Assembly (NCBI RefSeq): GCF_009834535.1
Contig: NC_045697.1
Span: 250,001 to 314,000 of the forward strand
Length of the DNA stretch: 64,000 nt
Direction of reading: 5' to 3'
Source: Camelus ferus
Lineage: Eukaryota
The translations under genes were made by a program, and so were the position numbers. Positions 37,192-49,560 of this stretch are shown here, piece by piece. The first letter of the stretch is position 1. The number at the start of each line of letters is the position of its first letter. Below the pieces are notes generated by a model, which was not told the origin of the DNA, did not search any database, and worked only from the letters and a program-made list of their open reading frames with translations.

Positions 37192-37335
37192 CCCGCCAGT
37201 CCAGCGTGTGCAGGAAGTGGTTGGTGTCCGTGCTGCTGCTGTGCGGAGACTCCGACCCCGGGGCCTCGGCGTCGGGAGGCCCCTCGGCGTCATACTGTGC
37301 GGCGGAGCCGGGCTGCCTGGGCAGCTCCGGCTTCC
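37192..37335 (-). CDS. GAK: GAK exon 20
   Basis: 144 nt; KPELPRQPGSAAQYDAEGPPDAEAPGSESPHSSSTDTNHFLHTLDWR. Confidence 0.93.
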
Positions 37336-37960
37336 CTGCAGGGAGAGGGGGTGTCAGGCTGCCCGGCCCAGGCAGCAGCCAGCACGGGGCTCCAGGGCCG
37401 CGGTCCAGAGCCAAAGTGCCCCCAGACCGCCAGAAACCTGCACGGCAACCAGGGAGCCCGAGTGTGGATCTCAGCGCTGGGCCACGTGCCCTGACACGCA
37501 TGCACACACACACACACTCCTCAGGGACACTAAGCTGTCCTCACATAAAAAAACAGACAAAAAAGCAAACCAAGAACACGAAGAGAACGCGACAGGCCAG
37601 ATGACGTCCCAGGTCCGACCCACCCACACGCTTTTCACGCTGATTTTTGGTAAACGGTCTGAAATAGGATGAGACTTCCCAGCTGGGGGGGAGGTCACAG
37701 GAACAACCTCCGCTGTGTGGCAGCCCTGCTGTGTTCAGATGGGCCCAACTGATGCCTCCCCTTCTCCAGGTCACGTTTAAAGTGGACGCAGGTCCAGAAA
37801 TGAACCCTCTGAATCAGCAAGCAACTCCAACCTGACCCTCCCGGGTTACAACAAACTGGCCCCGGCCCACGATGACCCCCTGGCCGGGACTGCGGCCTCG
37901 CGAGAAGACTGCAAGAACAATCTGTGCCCTGTGAGAGCACCTGCAAAACAAGGATCTTAC

Positions 37961-38154
37961 CAAACTTGGACAGAATGTCTTGCTGCTCCTCCCGGCTGGA
38001 AAATAGGATTTTGGGGTTCAGCCCCCGCATGTTTGCACTCTCCCAGGGGGGGGCCTCCCGGCTGGGCCTGTCTCTAGGCTCCACCTCCACCTCCAGGTTC
38101 ACTTGGAACAAGTCCGGGTACTTCTCCTGAATGTCACAAGCATCTAGGTCGTAC
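37961..38154 (-). CDS. GAK: GAK exon 19
   Basis: 194 nt; YDLDACDIQEKYPDLFQVNLEVEVEPRDRPSREAPPWESANMRGLNPKILFSSREEQQDILSKF. Confidence 0.96.
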
Positions 38155-39872
38155 CTGCAGTGGGAGCCCAGGTACGGTTAGGAAGGACCATGGGCACTTC
38201 AGAGGTCACCCCAACACTCACCAGGGAACGAGTGTGGGATGGGGCCATGCGCTCTGCACCTCACGCTCTGCACGTTCAAGCTGCCACCAGGCAGAGGGTC
38301 GGAGGGGCCTGCGGGGAACTGTGCGCTGCAGGGCCCGTCCACACTGGACCCCCAGCCCCTCTGTCAGGGGAGCCCTCACTCCTCACCCCTCAGGTCCTGT
38401 GGTTCAAATCAGGCTCTCCGGGAACTTAAATGCACGTTCCCTTAAATACGGTGCCATCCGCTTTAGCAAGACCACCAGCTACTAACAGAAGCCCACAAAC
38501 CACGCCCTTTGGACTCTGCCTGCCGCACTGCAAGTGCGACTCCAAGGGCAGCGTGGCCGGGGTGCTCTGTGGGTCGCGGGGCAGCCCCGGCCCTGGGGGG
38601 TGGGTCCGAAGGCTCTCCTGGGGCAACGACCTGGGGCCGGGCACAGGTGGGGAGGGACGCCCAGGTGGCCTGGCAGTGGCCACTTCAGCTGCTGTCTCAC
38701 TGAACTGTCCTCATTCTGTGGCTCTGCGTCCCACTAGGGAACTCCAAGGTCTTTCACGTATTTCCTAAGGTCACCTCTGGTGACACCGTCACAAGCCCTG
38801 TAAACGAATCCCAGCTCCTCAGCGGGGCAGTGGGATCCCTTCTGCTCTCTTATTTTAAGCCGCCTAAGTCTACGTGCACGACTTACTATTCTGTGTGTAT
38901 AAAAACAGCAAAGCAACAGAAAAAGACACACAAAAGAGGGACAACAGGCTCTGGAGGGTCTGAGGTGTCAGAGGGGCCCTGCTGTCCTCCGTGCGGCCCC
39001 CGGGGGAAGGCGGGGCTGCACCCACGGTCTGGTTGGCGGGTGAGGCCACGGCAGGTGTCCCCACGTCCCTGGACTCACAAGGTGGGACATGTGAGCAAGT
39101 GTGATCTTAACACGTGACGTCCCGCCGCAGTCACGGGCACGGCCACCTCTGCGCAAGGAGGGGAACCACGGGGTCTTGGCGAGGGCGGGTGCCCCCCTGT
39201 CCTCTTGCTCCTGGCCGAAGGCCTGCTTCTGACCAGGCCAGGCACACACAGCAAGATGCCGACACAGCAGGGGCAGCAGGTGGAAGGGCGGCAGCTAGGC
39301 TGGCAGAGGGTCCAGTGTCCAGTGAGGGCCCGGGGAGGGGCCCATCAACACGGAGTAGCGGGCGACTCCAGGCACTGCAGGCACCAGGCAGGGGCCCGCC
39401 CACCCCCACCCCCCCGGAGATGGCCCCCAGGCCAGGCCCACCCGCCCAGCTGGCAGTGAGGAAACAATGCGGTCTGTGAACAGAGGGGCAGCCCCCACCG
39501 CCCCTGAGGGGCCTGCATCTCAGAGGCTGGACAGACCCTGAGGGGCTCCTGCTGGGACAGGATGGCCGGTGTGCCCACTCACACCAGCTCGGAGTAGCCG
39601 CCCCCGGTGGACAGTGCGTCGGCCTAAGTCTCCTCTCCGACTGTCCTCCTTCAGCTGCCTGCGGAGCACCCCCTTTCCTGTGTCAGGCTTTCTTTTTAGC
39701 CATTTCATCAATTTTTGCAGGCATGACAGGCATGGTGAGGAACAAGCCCACAAGTGCACCTCAGCAAGCTCACACTCCAGGCACCCGTCCGTTCAGATGA
39801 AAACACGGTCTCTTTCCAGAGCCCGAGCAGGGCCCCGTGTCTGGGCTGCACCCCAGAGGCAGCCACTCCTCA

Positions 39873-40587
39873 TGCTGAGGCCCGAGCGGACGTGACGGGC
39901 CCCAGCGTGGCAGCATGGCCGTGGCGGGGACACCACAGTGTGAAAGCTGGATCTCGGCACCGGAGAAAAGAACCCCGAGCTCCCGTGGCTGCCCCGGCCC
40001 TCCCGTCCACCCAGACTCTGCGCCGGGGGCCTTCTGCCACTCTCAGCAGGCTCGTTCTCCTCTCAGCCTGTAATTCTTCCCAGCCCTGGACACGGGCTCA
40101 TGTCCACCTGATTCACGCGCTGCCAGCATCTCTCATCTGTCTGAAAACAGCTCTGACTGACCTCCGTTTCTGAAGAACCATTTCAGGGGAGACACTTCCA
40201 AGCTGGCGAAGTTCTCCTCCCGGCGCTTCTGGAAGACGTCGCTGTGACTCCGGATCCCCCGCCTCAGGGGAAGGCCCCCCCCTCCCCGCAGGGCGCTATG
40301 AAGCGGCCTCTCTGGTTCTCAGCGATTCAAAGCCTCAGGGGAAGGGCCCTCCCCACAGGGCGCTATGAAGCAGCCTCTCTGGTTCTCAGCGATTCAACCC
40401 CGCACGCTTGGGAGGCATTTCCTTTCTTCGTTTATAAAACTCCCGTATGCTGTTCACGGAGCTTTGGGCTCTGTGCTTTGATGTCTTTCATCAGTTTAAT
40501 AAAATCTTCGGTCACGCCGCTTTTGCTGTATCTCTTCTCCCTGGACTCTGAATAAAAGCAGGCTGGACCTGTCCATGGCCCCCGGCA
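39873..40587 (+). mobile_element. Probable solo ERV LTR in GAK intron 18 (left boundary tentative)
   Basis: TG...CA ends with imperfect inverted repeat (tgctgaggcc / ggcccccggca), flanks cctca/cctcc, TATAAAA at 40433, AATAAA at 40498 and 40551, internal tandem duplication. Confidence 0.55.
40261..40397. repeat. Two-copy tandem repeat, 66-70 bp unit
   Basis: gcctcaggggaagg...cagggcgctatgaagc(g/a)gcctctctggttctcagcgattcaa at 40261-40330 and 40332-40397. Confidence 0.95.
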
Positions 40588-41321
40588 CCTCCTGGGAGCC
40601 CTCCCGGGCTCCCCTCCCAGCACTGCCTCGGCTTCCAAGCCTCTGCTGCTACGCCCTGGTGTTCACGCTGCTCCAGACGCCGCCTGAGTTCTGGAGCCCA
40701 CATGAACCATTTCTCAGTGCTAGATGCCCAGATGCCTCCTTTTCACACACTCCAGGTCTCCAGTGGAATCCCCCTTCCCACTTCGCTGGCCACACTCATT
40801 GCTCGTCAGAAGCCTGCCTCCTAACCAGTGTCCAGTTCAGCCGCAGCCTCCTGCCTAGTTTGCCTCGTGGCTGCCCGTCACCTGGTCTTCAGAAAGGACG
40901 GCTGAGTGCACTAGAACTGCTGAAGCTCTGGGGCCCATCTTCCCCCAGGGGAAGGAAAACAAAGACACTGGTGAGGCGTCACACTTCTTGTCTCTGTCAT
41001 GTTGGTACTTAAAACAAAGTGTGACGTGCCAATGTGAAAAAAAAAACACTAAGAGGTAAGAGCGTGGTGACATTTAACAGAGTAACAGCACAAAGAAACA
41101 TGAGACACACCCCTCAGTCTCCTGGCACCGCCCCCTCCTCCTGAGCCTTCACCGCACGCAGGCCCCGGCCTGGCGCTGCCCCTGTGTGACTCCTTCCAGA
41201 ACTCTGGGGGTCAGAGTTCAGTCTTCCCAGGGCCCCAGCAGCGTCAACCACGCTGCACCTGTATGCACACCACACACCCTGACCCCTCCTGTCCCCCTCG
41301 CACAGTGTGACACCAACATAC

Positions 41322-41401
41322 TTCGCGAATTTCACAGTAGTGGCGTTCCGGGGCACGAACCCCGTGTGGAACTGGATCTGGAACATCTTCATGGACGCCA
41401 C
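41322..41401 (-). CDS. GAK: GAK exon 18
   Basis: 80 nt; VASMKMFQIQFHTGFVPRNATTVKFA. Confidence 0.96.
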
Positions 41402-41636
41402 CTGCGGAGAGAAAGCAACAGGAGCCCGAGCTGGGGGAGGAGACCTGGCCCCTCACTGTTCACCAGCCCTGAAGGCCCTGGACACAAGCAGCTTCTTGGG
41501 TCTGAGGAGGGGCAGCCCCAGGGCCACGGTCCGGCAGCCCGACACCGACAGCAGTTTCGTGCTGAATCCCCTGTGCCTTGGGCGGCAGGAGGCGGGGACT
41601 CAAAGGGGCAGTGGCCAAAGTGGAGCGTCCGCTCAC

Positions 41637-41754
41637 CTTGGCCTGCAGTCGTCCTCCCAGGGTGGACCTCGCGTGGTAGAGGACAATGAGCACGTCCCCT
41701 TGGACTGTCGTGCCCAGGGGAATGACCGCTTTGCCGTCCTCGATTTTAAAATCC
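41637..41754 (-). CDS. GAK: GAK exon 17
   Basis: 118 nt; DFKIEDGKAVIPLGTTVQGDVLIVLYHARSTLGGRLQAK. Confidence 0.96.
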
Positions 41755-42022
41755 CTGGAGAACAGAGCCCAGAGTGGCGGTTTGCTCAGGTAAGAAGCTC
41801 AACCTTCTGTCCAAAAGCGACATGCGTGGCAGGACCCCCGAGACCCCAGAGCATCAGTTTCTTCCTGCCTGGCAGGCTTTACCGCCTGATTATGTCAGGG
41901 GTGGGCAGGAAATGACTTCCAAGGAGCCACTCAGCATGATGACCCGGAGGACAGCCCTGCAAACCCATGCAGCCGCCTGGAGGAACGGGGTCGTGGGGAG
42001 GAAGGCCTGGGCCCGGGCCCAC

Positions 42023-42217
42023 CTCATGCGGTCGTACTCCTGGGATGTGGTGGCCACGCGCTCATCCCCTACATAGACCTCGCAGAAGGGCCTGCAGCCG
42101 CTCCTCTGCTTGCTGAACAGTGGCACGGGCGTCATGACCACGGCCTTCACCAGGAGGGGCTTGCTGTGGGGCGTGATGGGCTCCTCCGCCACCATGTCGC
42201 ACATGTACTCGATGTAC
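42023..42217 (-). CDS. GAK: GAK exon 16 (C2 domain)
   Basis: 195 nt; YIEYMCDMVAEEPITPHSKPLLVKAVVMTPVPLFSKQRSGCRPFCEVYVGDERVATTSQEYDRM. Confidence 0.96.
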
Positions 42218-44944
42218 CTGCGAACGGGAGGCGTGAGCGCCACACACAGGCTCTGTGCCCGGCCCGCCCACCACGTCACACGTGTGCTCCGTGTCTCTGG
42301 AGCCTCACTGAGCACATCCAGTCTTTCTGCAAACACATTTAAGTATTTAGTGCTGCAAACTTTCCTGGAAGCAATGTTCCAGTTTCAACTCACGAATTTG
42401 ACATTGTAACTTCATTTGGTTCAAAATACCTTTGTAACATATTCTTAGAGTATCCCTACGTCTCCTTTGAGACTTCCTCTCTGACTCCTGGGCTACTGAG
42501 TAAACTGTTTTCCTCTGAAACCTTTAGAGGTTTTCCAGCCACCTTTCTCTCACCGCTTTTCAGGTTAACTCTATCCAAACCTAAGAACATATTTTGTCCG
42601 ATTTCTATTCTTCCGCCTCTGCTGCAGTTCAATGGCCGTAACAGGACCCTTCGGGGAGTCCCGTGTGCACTGGGAGGAGCTGCGGGCGGACTGCTCTGCG
42701 GCTGAGCGCATCTGCAGACCTGCACCACTGACCAGAGAAGTGGGCCGCCGGGGCTGTCATCACCATTGTTCCCCCTCACCCCGTTGGCTCTGGGCTGTGC
42801 CACCACCCCCGTTCTCTCAGGGGTTTCCATGGCACTTCTTCGTGCCCCCGCAGGGTGCCTATCTCCTGCCTCCGGGGCTCCTCCCCTCCTAGACCCCGTC
42901 TCCTTGGGACGGGTAGAGCCTGACTGGCTGTCAACGGCCACCTGTGTGCTCTCCCAACGGCCATGCGGCAGGAAACCTGCAGTCTCCTGCCGATGGTCAG
43001 CAAGAAGCCAGGACCTACACCCACAGCAAACCAGATCCACCAGCAGACTGAGTGAGCCTGGGAGCAAGTTCCACAACAAAGGAGGAGCAGCTTTCTGAGC
43101 CCCAGTTCAGACAAGAAGGTGGCCCAGCCACACCCTGACAGCAGCCTGGGCGATGCCGAGCCTGACCCCTGACCCCTGACCCGTGGGGTGAGTCACTGGG
43201 TCTGCACACAACCTCCCATCCCTGCCATGCAGTCCCGCGGGTGGCTGGTCCTGTCTCCACCCCTCCGACGACCCGTCCTGGGGCGGCGCTGAGCCCACAC
43301 TGGGCAGGGAGACTGGTGTGAGGGTGACAACGTGGCTCTTCCTTCCTGACCTCCGAGCCACCTGAGCATCCTGTGCGCCCTCCTCCGCCCTCTGCTGATG
43401 TGCTAATCATGGCATGGAGACCTTACTGCGGCCCTGGGTTTCTCACCAGAACCCTGCTGTGATGTACTAGGATCCGCATCCTCTCCCCGACCACCTTTGA
43501 GATTCTTTGTGGTTTGAACATGGTGGCCTAAGCAGGTTTTCTGGGTTTACTTTGTTTTAATCCCGCTGAGTGACCTCTGACCTTCTGAGGTTCAAGCCTG
43601 TCTTAATTGGGGGAAATTCTCAGCGACTGTTTCCTTGGTGCTTCTTCTGTCTGGGCTCCTCCTGAGGCTCCAAGGACATGTGCCAGACCGGCTGAGACTG
43701 TCTGATGGGTGTTTGTCCTGGTGTGAGTGGCAGCAACTAACCTACCCCAGGGTTGCAGCCCTCTCCTCACCCCAGCCTCTCATCTGCTTCCCTCCCCTCT
43801 ACTGCGACTGCCTCTCGCCCACCCTCCTCATCTGCATCGTAACGCACGGACCAGTGATTCCATGTTTCCTGCCAGAGCTCTGAGCCTCATGGGAAGACTG
43901 CTCCGTCTGTTCAGCGGGAGACAGACCCGCGCCCTTCCAAGCAGCCAGGCTTCCTCTCCGACCCGTACCCCGAGCACCAGAGGGCACAGACCCCGAGCCT
44001 CCGTCGTGCCTCGGATTTGGGGCCAATTGCTCTGTGACTGTTCTCCTACAGGACTGGAAGTGATTTGAATCTGACACTGGTGCCACTACTTTTGAAGTCA
44101 CTGGGGAGGGAATGACATCTACATTACCACGTCCCCAAGGACGTGCCCGCGGGGTCTGTGGCGGGGGTCCCAGAGCCAGGCACACTCCACCCCGCCCCAG
44201 CGGCGGCTGACACAGTGGGGCCCTGGGTGTGTAGAGAGGGATCTGCAGCCTCTCCCTCACAAGCCACACGGAAGAAACAACCATGTGGCCTGTGTCTCAG
44301 GGCGGCGGACACCAGCAGTGAGCCAGCGGAGTGGGCCCCACGGGCAGGAGTGCATCAACGGGCAAGGCGGCCACCCCAAGTGGCAGGAACGGCCTGAACG
44401 ACCCTCTGTTCCTCTGGGCCTGGAGGCCTTCCGGTTCCTCCTGCAGGCCTGGGGCCGGGGAGGCGGCAGGGCCCCAGTGGCTGTGCTCTCCTGACTCTCG
44501 GGGTCTGTGTGTCCACACCAAGGCCCTTCTTGCAGAGGAAGGAAACGCCCCCCCCCCCCCCAGTGCCTGTAGGAGCATGTGTGCCCGAGGTGCCTCCACA
44601 GGCCTGAGCCCCGGCCCCACCCTCCTGCAGGGTGGGCGGGGTGGGGGCCAGTCTCGGGGCAGGCAGAGGCTCCTGGGGAGGTAGGGGGAGAGGCAGCAGC
44701 CAGCTGCAGCCATAGGAAACCATCTCCTGGACCTCACCGCCCCGAGAAGCCGCCAAGTCACAGGCACAGAGAGGGGAACGAGGGGCTGCCGCATGGCCTC
44801 GCGAGCAAGTGTGCACCCCGACTGCGCTCGCTGGCCCGGCTCCACCTCGACCCCACACGGTAGGTAGACACTCTCCTCAAATTCCTGCCGCCTCCTAGGG
44901 TGGCTGAGTGACACCTCCCCAGGGCCGCAGAGCGGACACCATAC

Positions 44945-45078
44945 CTCTTGTGGGATGGCCAGATGCCCGGGGGGCAGCGCTTCATGCTGAACATGTACAC
45001 GGCAGCCTCGGCGGTGCTGAAGAGCCGGCAGAAGCACAGGAAGGAGCAGACAGCCACAGCAGAGGCAGCTCTCCCATC
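44945..45078 (-). CDS. GAK: GAK exon 15
   Basis: 134 nt; DGRAASAVAVCSFLCFCRLFSTAEAAVYMFSMKRCPPGIWPSHK. Confidence 0.96.
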
Positions 45079-45838
45079 CTAGGACAAAGGACAGGGTAAG
45101 CTCACGTGGCTATCGCTCCCGCCACACTCAGGGCTCCCACCTGGGGCTGGAGCTCCTCTGGGAACTTAGGAAAACCCACCTGGTGAGGCCACAATTTGGG
45201 GAGCAGAGAATAAAGCCTCCTCAACAGGAAGGAGACGACGGGACGGCCACAGACACACGGGTCAACTCCCGGGCCCCCCCCTCACTGAATTCCCTGGTCC
45301 TCACTCCGGGTGTGACTTGTCAACACCAGGACTGACCCCCAAGGGCACGAGCTGGCGGATGCCCCACTGGGTGTGACGCCCACAGACCCTCAGCCCCAAA
45401 GTGGGGGGTACAGACAGGGTCACACAGGGCAGGGGGGCCTCAGCACACGGCGCTGTCAGGAGGGGACTCGAACCTTCCACAAGGGGGCAGTCTTCTCCAA
45501 GAAGGCCCTGACATGAGGGACCCAGTGGTGTCTACTGGGCCAGCTGCTGCTCCCCTGGGGTCAGCTTCCTCAAGATGACAGGAGCCACACTGGGCCTGGG
45601 CCGCTGGCTGGACCCCAGGGCAGGGCTGCTCCTCGCAGGCCCTGGCTCCTAGAGCTCCGCAGAGCCTGAGATGCTGCAGCTCCGTGAGGAAACTTGGGGG
45701 CCACTGCCACAGCAGTGTCTGGGCTGGCGTGTGCACCCCACCCAGGCGGCAGCTCCTCCTGGCACTGGCATCACCACTCAGGACACCTGGCGCCCCACCC
45801 CGGCCCCTGCGCAGGGATGGCTCAGGCAGCCTGCTCAC

Positions 45839-45961
45839 CATGCAGTGCACCACGCAGACGTTCCTGGGGTCCTGCCGCAGCCACGCATGCATATTTCTGC
45901 ACACACTGTACAGGCTGTGGAGGTTTGGGGCCCGCCGGGCGGCCCAGCCGCACTCGGAGAC
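45839..45961 (-). CDS. GAK: GAK exon 14
   Basis: 123 nt; VSECGWAARRAPNLHSLYSVCRNMHAWLRQDPRNVCVVHCM. Confidence 0.96.
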
Positions 45962-46467
45962 CTGCGGGGAGAGGACCGGGCTCGTCGGCCAGGGGTGCCG
46001 GCCCCGAGGGCCTCCCTCCACCCCACCCTGGCCCACGGGTGCCCGCAGGTTCCGGTCAGCACTGAGCTCTTTGTGCGACATGGCGCCGGGGGTTCAGAGC
46101 CAGCCCTTCCCGCTCGGGGTAAGTTTAAATACGGTGAGAAGTGCCCACATCCGAGTCTTCAGTGCTGAGAACACAGTGTGGCCCCTGTTCCCGCTGGACG
46201 GTGAGACACAGAGACACCGCCAGCTCAGCCAGCCTTAGCTGGTTAAAGCAGACCACCAGTCTCCTCTCCATTCACACTCTGGAGTCCTCCTTGACTCCCC
46301 GCCATCCGCTGTCCTCAGACCCCTGTATCCTCACACCCAGGAGCTGCCCTCCCACTGCAGCCCCCGGCCCCCCCAGAAAGTAGCAAAGGTGGACCGAGTG
46401 CCACACCAGGCTGAGGCCCGTTGTAAGAACACCACACTCAGAGGGCAGCAGAGGCCCGGCCGCTCAC

Positions 46468-46616
46468 CCGGCTGTGAAACCTGGAGGGCCGGTAGGTGCG
46501 CGGGGACAGGTTGTACACCGCGTAGCGGCCCGGATGCTTCGAGTCCAGGAACACCCGCACGTCTTCTATGTTATTCTTGATGGCTGACTCTACGCCCTCT
46601 GCCGGGAACGACATCA
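46468..46616 (-). CDS. GAK: GAK exon 13
   Basis: 149 nt; MSFPAEGVESAIKNNIEDVRVFLDSKHPGRYAVYNLSPRTYRPSRFHSR. Confidence 0.96.
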
Positions 46617-47160
46617 CTGAAAGAGAGGAGCCCCGTCAGCCACCGTGGCCGCCCCACAGCCTCACTGGCAACACGGCCGCTGACTCAGCGGCACAGCGCT
46701 GACTGACTGGGCAGCGAGTCCCGAGAAGGGGCGGAGCAGAGGTCCCAGCCCCGGCCGCAAGACACAGGTTCTGCCGCAGAGCCTGCTACACCAGAGGGTC
46801 TCCAAGTGTTTGGATTTTGTTTTCTGCCCAGAGACCCACGTTTTAACACGTGTGGCCTTGTATCTCTTTCCTCATGATCGCAGAGTTTCAGGAAGTTCCA
46901 GACCGGGGAAGAAGCTGGGTTGACCCTGGCACTGTCCACTACAGGGCCTGGAGGCACACTGGCCATGGGGCGGACACCCCAGGCCACATTTCGGGCAAGT
47001 GAATGCCCGCCCGAGAGGCGCTCTCCCTCTCCACTGGCCGCACCCTGCCCGCCCTGCCTGACATGGCAGCACAGGATGGGCTGGAGGTCAGACACCAGAA
47101 GCTGCCCCAGAACAGGGAAGAATCAAAGTGTGTCCTTATGGTTAAAGTTGGCAAACATAC

Positions 47161-47210
47161 CTGCAATTCTGGATGTAATGTAAGATATGTCCAAATCTCC
47201 CTTTGCGTAA
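47161..47210 (-). CDS. GAK: GAK exon 12 (start of PTEN-like domain)
   Basis: 50 nt; YAKGDLDISYITSRIA; TTCCAG acceptor, GTATG donor. Confidence 0.95.
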
Positions 47211-47579
47211 CTGGAATGAAAAAGAGCACGTGGTTATTGCAGAAAATCTCCACAGTTAATTCACAAGAGCTTAGACTGAAGCAAGTCCTGGAGAGGCCGC
47301 GGGGGACCTCACCATTCTGGTGGCAGCTCACAGGGAAAGCTGTGTGCGTGTGCATACGTGTCAGTGCGCATGCGTGCGCCTGTGTGACCACACACATGCA
47401 CACACAGAGCTGACATCTATCTAAGAAGCAGACGAGCAATTATAAACTGCAGGTGGTGGAGAGGCACGGACCCCACAGAGAAGGCGCTGAGCTCTCACTG
47501 CTTTCCTGCTCTAAACAGCTGTGACACTAGGAGCTGGTTTGGGGGAGAGAGCAACGAAAACGGAAATACTGTTTTTTGA

Positions 47580-49560
47580 CCCAATACCTCATGTCTGGCT
47601 CAGAAGAAAAATTATAAGGCAGACCGAACGGTGAAAAAACACGTGAAGAGAAAGAACATACGTCAGAAGCAGGCACGGCAGGGATGCCGGGTTATCAGAT
47701 GGCGTTTAAAACCACTACGATTAACGTGCTGAGGCCCCAGTGGACAGAGTGGACGGCACCCAGGACATGCGGGGAGCGTGAGCAGAGGTGGACACCCTCT
47801 GAGAGAACCAAGGAGGAGCGCCGGCGGTGAAAACACAGAAACGAAGGCTCTGTTTGACAGGCTGAGTGGACTGGACACAGCCCAGGGGAGACTCTGAGCT
47901 AGAGGGCCTCTCGGTACAGACCCCGAAAACTGAAGAGCAAAGGGGCCGCGGGGCGACCTCAGAAGGTGTCACAGGCACGTGGCGGGAACTCCAGAAGAGA
48001 GAGAGGAAGGGCCTGAAGGAGCCCTGAAACAGTATGACCGACACTTTCCCCAAAGTAGCATCAGACACCAAAGCACAGATCCGGGAAGCTCAGAGAACAC
48101 CAGGCAGGATACGTGCAGGGAAACTACACCAGCCGTGACAGTTTCAAATTACAGAAAATCAAGGAAAGAAGAAATCCTGAGAGAAGCCGGGGGCGGGGGC
48201 GCTTTACCTGCAGAGCAACCAAGAGAAGAGTTACACATCCGACTTCTCCTGGAAACCAAGCGAGAGGGAAGTGAACTGTTCACAGGGTCGGGAGAAAAAG
48301 CCAGCAGCCCAGGATTCTCTGCCTGAGGAGCTACCCTCCAACAGAAGATAAATAAAGACTTTCTAACAAAAACTCAGGCAACCTGTGGCCAGAAGACCCG
48401 CCTTCTGGAGATGTTGTTGAAGAAGCCCCTCAGAAAGAAGGATGAGGGGCAGAAACTCAGATCTCCGTAGGGAACAGAAGAGCATCGAAGGAGGGATCAA
48501 TGAAGATCAAATAAAAACGTTTCCTTTTCTCGTCCTGTTTTTCCCAGGTGCTCTTTTGTTTGTTTGTTTTAATTGAAGTGTAGTTGGTTTACAGTGATTC
48601 GGTTACACACACACACACACACACACTTTCTTTTCAGGGTCTCTTCCATTACATGCTGTGACCGGAAATTGAATGTAGTTCCCTGTGCCATACGGCAGGT
48701 CCTTGTTGTTTCCCTTTCTTGTTTTTAATTTAATAAGTAACTTTTTGTTCAAACTGATAATGGTGACGCTGCACCCGACATGAGTGCTTAGATACACACT
48801 GCACGTGTGTACACACGTGCTTAGACGTGCGTACACACGTGCTTAGACGTGCCGGGGGGACGAGCAAAGTGACCAGCGACACGAGGCCCAGGAGGGAGGA
48901 GTCGGGGTTTACGCCTGTGGAAGCACACAGCACACCCACTGCCTGGGAAGCGCTCAGATGCCACCTGCAGTGGACTCGGTCAGCAGTGACGGGCACTGCA
49001 AACTCCAGGGCAACCACTACAGACAGCAGAGAAAAGCAGTATGACCGCCGCGCCGAGAGAGGAGAGGAGATGGGACCTTGTAAAACGCTCAGCGACAACC
49101 ACAAAGGACAGAACGGGGTGGGAGGCAGAGCAGCACCGAAGGACGAGGGCGGCGGCCTGAGCTCGGGCACACGTGCGGCGGCTGTGACTTCCCACCACAG
49201 GCGCCCCGGGGACGTGGACGCCGCGGTTCCGTGGACCAGCAAAGCGGATGCGGAGTTTCTGGTTTCCCGGTGCGGCTGGAAGTTTTGTTCACACGACGCT
49301 GATCTGTTACAGCCTGCGGGGGCCACCCTTTGATCAGAACAGTTTATTGCTGAAAACCGCCCGCCTCCACCGAGCCTTCAGCAGGTCGCTGCCGTGACAC
49401 CAGAGATCCCTGGTCACAGACGCCATGACCAGCACAGTGACGGTGACAAGGCTGAATCAGGCCGTGACACGCAGACGGGACGTGAGCAGGCAGGGCGAGC
49501 AGCCTGTCCAACGCGCGACACTTTAAACACCAATGGTCTAAACAAGCCAATTAAAACAGG
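47580..49560 (+). mobile_element. Old L1M ORF1 to ORF2-start fragment in GAK intron 11, interrupted by an L1 3'-end-derived piece with (CA)n at about 48560-48720
   Basis: tttaaaaccactacgattaacgtgctg; gggaagctcagagaacaccaggcaggat; ctttaaacaccaatggtctaaac; insert ttttaattgaagtgtagttggtttaca...ttgaatgtagttccctgtgc. Confidence 0.65.

Noticed and set aside
39583..39708. Possible alternative GAK exon (MKWLKRK... ending at a GTGAGT donor)
   Set aside because: 126 nt from the ATG gives phase 0, but exon 19 needs phase 2. No clear acceptor.
40261..40397. CRISPR-like or other prokaryotic repeat system
   Set aside because: Only two abutting copies with no spacer, in a mammalian intron. No cas or other prokaryotic genes in the window.
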